64,000 nt of DNA from an uncultured Chitinophaga sp. (GTDB lineage Bacteria > Bacteroidota > Bacteroidia > Chitinophagales > LD1). A program made the translations under genes and the position numbers. The notes under the pieces are model-generated. The model had not been told where the DNA came from, did not search any database, and worked only from the letters and a program-made list of their open reading frames with translations. Positions 1 to 8,851 of this stretch are shown piece by piece (position 1 is the stretch's first letter; each line of letters opens with the position of its first letter). Location of the stretch: positions 13,023-77,022 of the forward strand of contig CAZTNA010000011.1 of NCBI GenBank assembly GCA_964615305.1, given 5' to 3'.

Positions 1-160
1 TAATTGTTTTCACTTTTTCGTGTATTTGTTTGTAATAACGATGCTTGCCAATCGTAATGCCAGTACTTTAAGTCCCTCGATGTTTAGTTGCAAAAAGCCC
101 TACTACACAATGATTTACCCCCCAGAGAGATGAGGATTTAATTTTTTCAAACTAACCAAA

Positions 161-194
161 GTAAGGTTACAATTTTGAATTTGTAAGGTTACAA
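161..194. repeat. Direct 12-mer repeat GTAAGGTTACAA x2 (161-172 and 183-194, 22-bp register); partial third copy GTAAGGTTA at 434-442
   Basis: Read directly. The copies embed TTACAA/TTGTAA and GTTACA/TGTAAC dyads and lie in non-coding AT-rich context. Confidence 0.6.
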
Positions 195-807
195 GGATAT
201 GTAACTGCTTATTATGTAGGCAAAAGTTATATCGCAGGAACAAGTTATGAAGAAATGGAAGAACAAAACCACTCGAATGAGGGATCTGAATTAGAAACAA
301 TGAGCTTTAAAGTGTTCAAAATTTTTCTAGCCAGTACAATTATTTATAGAAGCTGGAAACTATTTACACACAAATTATCATCTGAGTTAAACTACAAATT
401 TCAATGAATTTATTTCAGCAAATTTGTGTCCAAGTAAGGTTAGGCTTAAAGAGATCTATAGGGGGGAGCTTATAAATAGTTATGGCTATTGAAATATTAC
501 TCAATACCTAAAAATGCAAAGAAAATACCTTCCGTGCATCAGGAGATATATTCTGGGCACTTGGGTATAGCCTTTTACTTAAATTTTACGGCACAAGGTG
601 GTATATTGGCAAGGAAACTTTGGGGCTTTGAATATATCCAAGTGACGCTTAAGAATCTTGTTTTAATTTGATTCCGGCCAAAACATCGTATGCGCTGATT
701 CTTTCTCTGGCCCAGGCGATAGTATTTTTTAATTCCTCTGAGATTTCACTTTCCGCTTGGGTGCTCTCCTCAAGGTAATCAAGGAATGAAGTTACAATGG
801 TGTTTTT

Positions 808-1029
808 ATGCCAAATTTGTGCGGCACTAACCAACCTGGAAAATTTATCTATGAGGGAAATGAATTTGATGCTCCTTCAACAATAGTGAAAGCCATAAAA
901 GGTTATGATGATGATGGTTGGAATTTCTTTAGGACTATCAACCCTGATACAGGAAAGGAGGTTCGGATTAAAGATTTGCGATGGGACGGTGTACGGAAAA
1001 AAAGAATAAGAAGCAACCTCAAAAAATGA
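808..1029 (+). CDS. Small stand-alone ORF resembling the C-terminal DUF4357-type domain of restriction/defence-associated proteins; possibly a gene remnant
   Basis: 73 aa. FDAPSTIVKAIKGYDDDGWNFFRT..GKEVRIKDL recalls the (S/A)PS..A....G...(N/D)GW..W motif. An in-frame stop lies 21 nt upstream of the ATG. It overlaps a convergent 61-aa ORF (649-834, TTG start). Confidence 0.3.
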   Translation: MPNLCGTNQPGKFIYEGNEFDAPSTIVKAIKGYDDDGWNFFRTINPDTGKEVRIKDLRWDGVRKKRIRSNLKK

Positions 1030-1057
1030 TTGTCAATTACATACCAAAATAAACCCA

Positions 1058-1405
1058 ATGGAAACTAAAACGGTCTGGCTTAATAATAGCAATAAATATA
1101 TTGCCATGACCGAAGATGAAATCTTTGAAATCAGGATGAATAAGTTCATCCAACGGTTAAGACCCGTAATTTATGAGGCAGTAAATGACTGTCTATCTAA
1201 AATTCAAATCGATAGCCGTATTCAAGAAGTAGAGGATAGTTTATGGAGTATCAAAGATGTGATGAAATATTTCGGCTGTGCTAAGACAACAGTTTTTAAA
1301 TGGAGAACTCTAGGCCTTATTAAGTCTCACAAGATTGGGAATAAAGTTTATTACAAAAAGGCTGATATTCTTAAGAGTTTGAAGAATCGTGAAAAAACAA
1401 AATAG
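1058..1405 (+). CDS. Helix-turn-helix DNA-binding protein, excisionase/MerR-like, of the kind found on Bacteroidota mobile elements
   Basis: 115 aa. The C-terminal half, WSIKDVMKYFGCAKTTVFKWRTLGLIKSHKIGNKVYYKKADILKSL, matches the excisionase-type HTH pattern (..ttv..W...G.i....ig....y.k.di...l). Confidence 0.7.
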   Translation: METKTVWLNNSNKYIAMTEDEIFEIRMNKFIQRLRPVIYEAVNDCLSKIQIDSRIQEVEDSLWSIKDVMKYFGCAKTTVFKWRTLGLIKSHKIGNKVYYKKADILKSLKNREKTK

Positions 1406-1425
1406 GCTGGTTAACTTTTGCCCTA

Positions 1426-4083
1426 TTAAACAGTTCCTATCCAATTTTGCCAATCCAACCATCCTTTCTCTTTATAAACCTCCGCGGGGTTTAATGGAAT
1501 AAATGCGGGACGCTTATTACTCATTTGCCATTCGTCCCATTCCTTTTTGGTTTCTAATTTCAACTTACGGACATAAAGCCGCGCTTGATCGAATGGTAAA
1601 AATCCAGGCAACACTTGTTGAGGGACATTTTCCCATAAGCCGATTTTATGTCTGAGGAAATCAAGGAAGGGAATATTTCTGTACCGACAGGTTTGTGCTA
1701 GGCTAAGCATTTGCAGATAAGAACTAATACCCTTTTCGCTCACTTGCCCATTTACACCACGCCGATGCTGAGCAAAAGCTTTCGCCGCAGCTTCTGCATT
1801 GTTATTATTCCATGGCACACCATCATGATAAAGAAATGTCCATAATTCATCCCAGTGTTTTGTTAGTCTTTTTGCGTACCTAATAGATAATCCACTTTTA
1901 TGAGTTTCATTAAGGAAGTTTCGCGAAAACATTTCAATGTCTTTAAGGTGCCTCCGTAAAAAATATTTTTTCAATCCGTGCCGGTCAACAGTTTCAATGA
2001 TCTTTCTTAAAATCTTACCAAAGGCAACTACCATTGCTTTATATTCTTCATCAAATGGATTTTTGAAAAGATCATCATTCAAATCACGTATTAGGTGGAC
2101 CAGGCATTTCTGTTGTTTAACCTTAAGGGTTTCATAACCAGGAAAAGAATCCGTAACAATAACCCCTTCATATCCTTTTAACCATTCTTCAAGAAAAGCT
2201 GTTTCACGTGTCAGCGTGAAATGATAAAAAACGGTGTGCGGTGTAGCAAAAATCCAAACATAACCCCGATCCTTGGAAAGTTTAATGGTTGTTTCATCAA
2301 TATGGATAACCGGACTTTGCCGTATAATTTCCCATAGATAATTTACCTCTGGCTCCCATTTATGCCACCACTTATGTTGGCGATCCACGAAATACTGTCT
2401 GAATGCCCAGATGCTAAATTGCTCTTCCAACAAACGGCTAATCATTTCATGACTGATATGATAGTTAACATATAGATTAGTTGTCCAGGCAAAAAGATTG
2501 TCACCAAACAGCATTCTGCGAACAACGCCATTATTAAAATGTCTCCAGCATTCAGCACATTTTACCTGTGTAGATTGATATTCTACTACCCACTGTTTTA
2601 TACCGGATGGAGTAAATTTTAAATCTGTTTGCCGCCATTTCTGTATTTGCTTCGTACAGTCATACAGTTTTGTGTGGCCACATTTGGGGCACTTTTTAAG
2701 TCGAGGCATTGTCACAACTTCATTTACTTTACTAGGTTGCCATCCATGTACACCCCTTCCCAAATGTCGCTTCTCATTTAACTTTTTAGGAGCAGAGGGT
2801 GACCGATTGATTCCTTGGTTCCTCCAATAGATTTTGGTTTGCTGATAATTGAAATAAGAGGCCTTAGTAATAACATTAAAGTCTTCTCCAAAATCTTTGT
2901 TACTCTGAAACTTGAACGGGCTTTGCCTTTTCATATCGGCAACACTCTGCACGTTCTCTCTGTTCGGATTGGCGGCAAGCTGTAAAAGCCAACGGCTAAC
3001 CTTTACCAAAGCAAAACAGTCATCCAGATTATATTGCTTCAGTTTTTCTTTTAGAGCAGTGTCTCCGGTGACTTCCCAGTTTTTTCGCCACTTCATACTT
3101 AATACACCATCTGCATCTTCATTCTGCCAGTGAAAGCCAAGAAATGCAGCGATCTCCTTAAGACCATTTCCATAAGTGGGCGGGTAGACATGGGTGCGGA
3201 AATAGCTAAGTGTATTAACTGTTCTTTTCTCGATTTCAGGAAACTCTTGTTTAAAGGTTCCCTGCCATTTCTTGACTGCTTGCTTCAGTGCCTGGATTTC
3301 ATAACTACCATAATGGTAAATGGGGGCGTCTGGATGACTGATAAGCAGCGCAAACAATTTTTGAAAGATTTCCTCTTCCCGATCTTTACTATCGGCCCAA
3401 AACGAATAACACTGATTCTTCTGGCCTTCTTCTTTGATAACTACGCCAATTAGATAAATTAAATTCTCTTCTGGTAGTCCTTCAAAATCAAGGTAGATTT
3501 CCTTTGAACTTTCCTCCAAATCGGGAGGATAAATCACATAGGTCTTTTGTTCCCTTATTGCAAGTGCCTTTAAATCCCATAGATAGGAGCCTCCAGGATT
3601 TTGAGGTCTTCTGCCGCGTCTTCTTGGACGAAAAGTGTGTGAAATTTGAGTGATAGAAAATAAACCTTTACTATGGTACTTGGTTAACACCGGAACAGAC
3701 ATACTTGGCAACAAACTGAGGCAATCCCTATCCTTTAGTTTTTGATAGCAGCTATCTCTAAACTGACATTCAGAACAATGAGTGTTACGATAAAATACCG
3801 GGGCCTCATCCTTGCTAAGTAGAAACTTTAATTCCGCTAACAACGACTGCGCCTTTTTGGCGTATTGTGTGACTCGAATTGAAGTCGTTTGATGGGGTAA
3901 TTGCGCTTCATAACCGGATATGCGATAGCCATATTTGATTTGAGCTTTTTCAATTAATTGCCCGGTTTCCTCTAATTTTCCATAACACCAAGCCGCGACA
4001 GCAAGTTTATCATTCGGAGTAATTTTAATGACCGGGATAACTATCCGCGTTTCTTTTTCGGATAACTTACCGAATTCGGGTAA
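1426..4083 (-). CDS. RecB-like/TM0106-type nuclease module (Cas4-type Cys cluster plus YprB-type RNase H-like domain) fused in frame to an IS66-family DDE transposase; C-terminal integrase-repeat-like motif
   Basis: The ORF-track start at 3843 is TTG, and the same frame stays open up to 4083. Residues 23-32 are CSECQFRDSC (C-x2-C-x5-C). Residues ~115-290 read IYLDFEGLP..YHYGSYE..DDCFAL. Residues 385-432 hold a CPKCG..CAEC zinc finger. Residues ~510-690 read HIDETT..VTDSFPGY..CLVHLIRD..NNNNAE (IS66 DDE pattern). Residues 749-805 read EWDEW..KRPAFIPLNP..VYKEKGWLDWQNWIG. Confidence 0.75.
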   Translation of the reverse strand, partial: LPEFGKLSEKETRIVIPVIKITPNDKLAVAAWCYGKLEETGQLIEKAQIKYGYRISGYEAQLPHQTTSIRVTQYAKKAQSLLAELKFLLSKDEAPVFYRNTHCSECQFRDSCYQKLKDRDCLSLLPSMSVPVLTKYHSKGLFSITQISHTFRPRRRGRRPQNPGGSYLWDLKALAIREQKTYVIYPPDLEESSKEIYLDFEGLPEENLIYLIGVVIKEEGQKNQCYSFWADSKDREEEIFQKLFALLISHPDAPIYHYGSYEIQALKQAVKKWQGTFKQEFPEIEKRTVNTLSYFRTHVYPPTYGNGLKEIAAFLGFHWQNEDADGVLSMKWRKNWEVTGDTALKEKLKQYNLDDCFALVKVSRWLLQLAANPNRENVQSVADMKRQSPFKFQSNKDFGEDFNVITKASYFNYQQTKIYWRNQGINRSPSAPKKLNEKRHLGRGVHGWQPSKVNEVVTMPRLKKCPKCGHTKLYDCTKQIQKWRQTDLKFTPSGIKQWVVEYQSTQVKCAECWRHFNNGVVRRMLFGDNLFAWTTNLYVNYHISHEMISRLLEEQFSIWAFRQYFVDRQHKWWHKWEPEVNYLWEIIRQSPVIHIDETTIKLSKDRGYVWIFATPHTVFYHFTLTRETAFLEEWLKGYEGVIVTDSFPGYETLKVKQQKCLVHLIRDLNDDLFKNPFDEEYKAMVVAFGKILRKIIETVDRHGLKKYFLRRHLKDIEMFSRNFLNETHKSGLSIRYAKRLTKHWDELWTFLYHDGVPWNNNNAEAAAKAFAQHRRGVNGQVSEKGISSYLQMLSLAQTCRYRNIPFLDFLRHKIGLWENVPQQVLPGFLPFDQARLYVRKLKLETKKEWDEWQMSNKRPAFIPLNPAEVYKEKGWLDWQNWIGTV

Positions 4084-4181
4084 TCATTTAGTGGCTGATA
4101 CTGCAATGTTTCCTTTGCAAGAAGCCATGCCTTATACGGACAGTGAAGCATCGCGCGCAATAGTTTCAGATCAGTTTCCAT
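4041..4181 (-). pseudogene. N-terminal piece of the same nuclease domain lying in a different frame (frameshifted 5' end of the 1426-4083 gene)
   Basis: ATG at 4181-4179. METDLKLLRAMLHCPYKAWLLAKE... carries the N-terminal Cys expected for Cas4/TM0106-type Fe-S nucleases. This frame stops at 4041, while the main frame is open from 4083 downward, so one indel in about 4041-4086 would join them. Confidence 0.5.
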
Positions 4182-4549
4182 TGCAGTATATTTTCGTTAG
4201 TTCAAAAATAAAGGCAGATCGGACGATTACTCAATTTATGCCGTAAATAAACTGAGGAAGCGGTCCTATCAACAAAAGCTCGTTGTCAATAACGTTCACG
4301 AGACGGGTTCAACTCAAATTTTAGTGCGTATTGCTTGTTATTCATTTAGATAACTTCTCTAAATAGTGACGTATAATCTCAAAAATTACTTTTAGTAAAT
4401 AATGTATAACGGGTTACCGGTATTTTAGATTACCGGCGTATGTATTACAGTTCCTGTCATAGAAAAATCAGAAAAGAATAATTAAATAGCCGCGGTTGTG
4501 ATTATTCCACACTGACTTTAATCCATACTTACACCATAATTAATAAGCT

Positions 4550-7500
4550 ATGAACACAAAGCCCCTTTATTCATTAGTTTGTCTCTTGCTGTTTTCTTTG
4601 TATTCTTTTGCCCAAAAGATAGACACTCTAAGTCTGCAATCACCGTCAGATTTTTATTATACACCAGGTGAAACCTTCCTGCTCTATTTAACCGATTTGG
4701 ACAGTTTGGAAATAAGTTTTGATCCTGAGGATTACCACCTGTTTAAATATGACAGCATGAATAAGGTAATATCATTTTCACCTTCTCTAACAGATAAAGA
4801 GGAGCATTTGTTTTATGTAACTAAACAAAAAGACACTATTAATATAATTGGTTTTTATCCCATAAACAAACTTGAAACAAGAAATGGATTTGGTCGCTAC
4901 AATACAAGCAAAATTTTAGATGAATCATCCTATGCTACTATTACTATCGATTCCTTAGCTGCAGGTTGGATTTTAAAAATGAACGGTAGAAAAATTACTT
5001 TCGAAAATAAAAAGGATAACCTATTTTATAATTATGTGTACAAGCCAGGTGATGTAGATTCCAGATTTAAAAGAGTTGAAATTGGGGCAGATACGCTTAT
5101 CATTAAAGACAGAATTTATTTCCCATTCGCAAAAATGCTGGTTAATGTAAAAGTACTAATCATAGATTATTCGGGAAACCTTCCAGTCATTGATATTACC
5201 CCATTAACCAATACGCGAAAAATAAATCTCCAATATAATTTAAAAGGAGAGGATGGAAAAAGTGCGGATACACTATTTGTATTCTTTGACAAGCTAATAA
5301 ATAATAGCAATGCGCAAATTTTGTTCGCTGCGTGTGGCGGTAATGGACAAAATCCACCGCCCGGCAAAAATGGGATTGATTATCCTCCTGTAAAACTAGC
5401 AACAAAAAATCTTATTGCAAGAAGGAGAGGATATGATCAGTACTGCCCTTCTTCGCGCCAAATGGTTGCAGTTGTAAATGAAACAGATCCTAGAGGAAAA
5501 GGACTTATACGTATTGACTGGCATCATACAATTAAAGCTAGAGGTGGGTCTGGCTACCACGGAACCGATTGGGAGTCCGTATGTATATATGATAGTTCTC
5601 AAAATAATTATGCCTCAGTATTTACTGCTAAAAATATTAAAAGAGCAATGCCTACGCCAGGTGGTAAACCAGGAGAACCTGGTAAGGGCGGGATTATCAT
5701 TTCGAATCACTTGATAAACGCCGTCGCTTCGGTGATTGGTGGAAAATCGGGAGTCCCTGATACGTTACGGTACAGCGGAAAAATATCAGGCCCGAAGAAT
5801 CCGTGGATGCTTAGTATCAAGAGTGGGGTATCATACGGTAGAGTAAGCCCTACAACCTACACTTTTAGTCCACTAAATTATCCAGCGGATTCTGTCCTTA
5901 GACCACAACTACCCATTTCTGCAAATGGCAAGGCGGGTGAAATCGTAACTTCCGCTGATTTTAAAAAATGGATGAACATTGATTATATCAAATATGTTGT
6001 GGATAATGCCAATGATCTTTTTAGATTCGGACAAGTTGAAAGTGCTCGAAATACGTTTTCTTACTACAAAGAGCATTTTTTTGACGACTCAATTGTGAGA
6101 ATGCAATTTTCAAAAAATATTATGTTTTGGGAGTTAGAAGGTGTGGTTAATACAGCCCTTATTAAAATGGCGGCGAATCTTGACTATTATGGTAATCCGT
6201 ATGGTTTTGTGCCCGGATTAGGGATCGTAGCTAATTCCGCCGCATACAAGGGGTCAATAAAAGAACTCGCAAACGCTTATGCAGCTTGTATTTACTTGGA
6301 AAAACAGATTTTTACCGATCAGAATGCTTACAATACCGCTGTTCAAAGACTTAATACCTATCTTGAGGAAAACTTAAATTTTGAAGAGGAGTTTCAGGAT
6401 ATTGAGTTAAATCATATGCCCTTAGTTGAAAGAAAAATAGATACAACCCTTCTTTTTTTGACTTCAGTATCGGCGCGTATTAATGAATTGGATGCTGAGT
6501 TCAAGAAAAAAGCCAAAAGAAAGATTGAACGGGATGAAAAAAGGAAAAAAGATAAGCAATTTATACGAAATCTTTGCACCATAGCCAAGGTTGTACCCTA
6601 CGGGCAGCCAGCCCTGGGTGTTGGCGTTAGTGTTTTTGAAGCTGTGGCTGCGGGTGAAGAAGGATCTACGTTTTTGGAGGGTTTGTCATCCGTTATTTCT
6701 GATTATAAAATGATACAATCGACATCGAAACAGTTTAGTGCTTTTAAAGAGGCTGTTAATTATTCTTTGACCTCCTCACCACCTGAACTGCCTATTTATA
6801 AAAAACTATACAATAACCGGGATACTCTTTTAAAAACTGCAGACCCATATTTTTCCAGCGTTGAAAAAGTACTGAAAGAATTGGATTTTAAAAAAGTTTC
6901 TAAGGAAAGCGTTGCTGCTGAAGTTGAAAGAATGAAGGCAAGTCACCCGGAATACAAGGATCTTATTGATAGCGTTCAAAAGCTTACGGAGTTGAACAAA
7001 GATTTACTCGAAGGATTACTAAGTCTGCAACTTAGATTACGAAATATAACAAAGACGATTGCATATAACGGCCAACTTATGGATGATGTAAAAGTTAAAT
7101 TATCCTCGCGTGTATTGCCAGGGGAAGAGAGAAAAAAAATACTCTCGATTCTTAAAAATGAAATCGTCGATAAACTAAATTACTATCAATACTTTTATGC
7201 CAAGGCGTACGAATACTTTACTTTAAAACAATACCCAGGGTATGAAAGGACGTTTTTTAATTTTAAAGGAAATAAGTTTGAGACCTACGATAACTATCAG
7301 GAGTTGGTAGAGAGAGTATCTAACATTTATTTGTTGGATGCCAGTGAGGCGGCTCGAGAAAGTTTTACTACTTTGAACGCAAATTCAACCTCCCCTTCTG
7401 TCACAACTTCAAAAATATTTTCTCTGAAAAAAGATGATGTGGAAAAGCTAAATCGAAAGGAGCAAGTATCCATAAATTTATTTAGAGACTTTGAATACAA

Positions 7501-8224
7501 TTTTTTGAAAAAAGAATTGTCAGATAATGAAGATATACTTATTGAGAACATAGAAGTTACACCATTTTATAATCCGGCTTCAGTTAATCAGTTCGTGTCG
7601 GGTTCCTATGCTTGGTCGAAAATCGAAACGGCGCATCTGGGAATGTCCAGACGGTACAAAGATGGAATGCAATATGATTTCATTAATGCTTCGGGAAGCA
7701 ATGCCCTCATGAACAAGTGGACTGTTGATATAAATTTTCAACCTTATGTTCTTACGCGGAGAAAATTGCATGGGACGTATGTAGAACTTATAAATGTTTT
7801 AACTGAAAGGAGCATCCCTGAAAATAGTATAAGGACAGTGGTTTCTTTTGATAGCGATTTAAAGATTAACAAAGAAGATCATCAGGAAGGCGGGAAGCAA
7901 GTATTGCTAGATTCTGTCAATGTAAGAGTTGATGTAGTTTTGATACCCAGAGATAAATTCTACGGCGTATATCTGTATGATAGTATTAACGAAGGAAGAA
8001 GGCCTCCTTTGCGGCTAATTGCTGGAAATAAGATATATGATGGAGAAAAGGTGCTGTATAAATCATTTGCTAAAAATGAAATTGTACGAGTTACAGTGCC
8101 CCAATATTGGAACGATAAGAAATTTGCGTATTGGGTAGTTGATGATAAGATAGTTGTTGCAAAAAATAGTTTTGATATAAAATTGGAAAAAAAAATATAC
8201 CGTGTTATTCCAATCTATAATTAA
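4550..8224 (+). CDS. 1224-aa secreted protein of unknown function (signal peptide, Gly-rich punctuated N-terminal region, long helical/coiled-coil middle, beta-rich C-terminus)
   Basis: The N-terminus MNTKPLYSLVCLLLFSLYSFAQ is a signal peptide. There is no T9SS CTD, lipobox or catalytic motif that I recognise. Lys/Glu-rich helical stretches occur, e.g. KKKAKRKIERDEKRKKDKQ. Confidence 0.7.
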   Translation: MNTKPLYSLVCLLLFSLYSFAQKIDTLSLQSPSDFYYTPGETFLLYLTDLDSLEISFDPEDYHLFKYDSMNKVISFSPSLTDKEEHLFYVTKQKDTINIIGFYPINKLETRNGFGRYNTSKILDESSYATITIDSLAAGWILKMNGRKITFENKKDNLFYNYVYKPGDVDSRFKRVEIGADTLIIKDRIYFPFAKMLVNVKVLIIDYSGNLPVIDITPLTNTRKINLQYNLKGEDGKSADTLFVFFDKLINNSNAQILFAACGGNGQNPPPGKNGIDYPPVKLATKNLIARRRGYDQYCPSSRQMVAVVNETDPRGKGLIRIDWHHTIKARGGSGYHGTDWESVCIYDSSQNNYASVFTAKNIKRAMPTPGGKPGEPGKGGIIISNHLINAVASVIGGKSGVPDTLRYSGKISGPKNPWMLSIKSGVSYGRVSPTTYTFSPLNYPADSVLRPQLPISANGKAGEIVTSADFKKWMNIDYIKYVVDNANDLFRFGQVESARNTFSYYKEHFFDDSIVRMQFSKNIMFWELEGVVNTALIKMAANLDYYGNPYGFVPGLGIVANSAAYKGSIKELANAYAACIYLEKQIFTDQNAYNTAVQRLNTYLEENLNFEEEFQDIELNHMPLVERKIDTTLLFLTSVSARINELDAEFKKKAKRKIERDEKRKKDKQFIRNLCTIAKVVPYGQPALGVGVSVFEAVAAGEEGSTFLEGLSSVISDYKMIQSTSKQFSAFKEAVNYSLTSSPPELPIYKKLYNNRDTLLKTADPYFSSVEKVLKELDFKKVSKESVAAEVERMKASHPEYKDLIDSVQKLTELNKDLLEGLLSLQLRLRNITKTIAYNGQLMDDVKVKLSSRVLPGEERKKILSILKNEIVDKLNYYQYFYAKAYEYFTLKQYPGYERTFFNFKGNKFETYDNYQELVERVSNIYLLDASEAARESFTTLNANSTSPSVTTSKIFSLKKDDVEKLNRKEQVSINLFRDFEYNFLKKELSDNEDILIENIEVTPFYNPASVNQFVSGSYAWSKIETAHLGMSRRYKDGMQYDFINASGSNALMNKWTVDINFQPYVLTRRKLHGTYVELINVLTERSIPENSIRTVVSFDSDLKINKEDHQEGGKQVLLDSVNVRVDVVLIPRDKFYGVYLYDSINEGRRPPLRLIAGNKIYDGEKVLYKSFAKNEIVRVTVPQYWNDKKFAYWVVDDKIVVAKNSFDIKLEKKIYRVIPIYN

Positions 8225-8661
8225 ATAATTCGCAACACCTTGTATCATTTTTTACGAAAGATTCTATTGATACTATAAATGTTCCCGTGTTCAAAACTGA
8301 TAATATACAGACGTCTTGGCACTAATGAGCTGATAAGGTATTAATGCGATTATGCAGAGAGTTTTTGATATCGGATTATGAAACTTTACAAAGGATTAAA
8401 CGGGAATTTCCGTAGAGTTTGATATTACCAAGAGTTTTCAAATTGATATAACTGGCTTTACCAACCTGAAGCTAAGCGTAGTGAGAGCGGAGGAAAATTG
8501 ACTATTAGAGCGTACTCAAATAAACTAGAGAAAACGTTAAGGCACGACTCATTACAATCCTCACCCGCTTGAAAAGCATTATGAAAATAAGCTCAAATAT
8601 TTTAAAAACATATCTAAATAATTTCAGGTCGGGGAGCAAGTGGTGAAAGCCAAAGACTGCA

Positions 8662-8696
8662 AAAGAGGTCGTCCGAAAGGCGACCTCTTTGTTTTT
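8662..8696 (+). terminator. Rho-independent terminator (10-12 bp perfect stem, GAAA-type loop, T-run)
   Basis: AAAGAGGTCG(8662-8671) tccgaaagg CGACCTCTTT(8681-8690) followed by GTTTTT. There is a T-run on the + strand only. Confidence 0.75.
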
Positions 8697-8801
8697 CAGC
8701 ACTTTAAGATTCTTGAAGCCCTCATTCTGCATCATTCGTATGCAAAATTTTTATCCCTATCTTATCCCCTTGTTTAATCGTGCAGAAGTATTAAATAAAT
8801 A

Positions 8802-8830
8802 TTGCAGGTTTGGGTAGTTGCGTATATTTG
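8802..8830 (+). promoter_or_regulatory. Bacteroidota sigma-A type promoter candidate (-33 TTG at 8802-8804, -7 TATATTTG at 8823-8830)
   Basis: Matches the TTG / TAnnTTTG consensus with an 18-nt spacer, 22 nt upstream of the ATG at 8852. Confidence 0.45.
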
Positions 8831-8851
8831 AATGTTAACAATAATTTTAGA

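Noticed and set aside
4295-4320. tRNA-like T-loop strings (GGGTTCAACTC at about 4305 and GGTTCGATAAC at about 22846) that might mark tRNA-derived att sites
   Set aside because: The flanking bases cannot form a T-stem or acceptor stem, and no cloverleaf can be drawn. I treat them as chance matches.
1406-4550. Search for IS66-type terminal inverted repeats and tnpA/tnpB accessory ORFs around the transposase fusion
   Set aside because: I found no convincing inverted partner for the GTAAGGTTACAA motif near 4.2-4.5 kb; only CTTAC at about 4530 and TTACCGG repeats at about 4415-4440. There are no TnpA/TnpB-like ORFs, so I do not annotate element boundaries.
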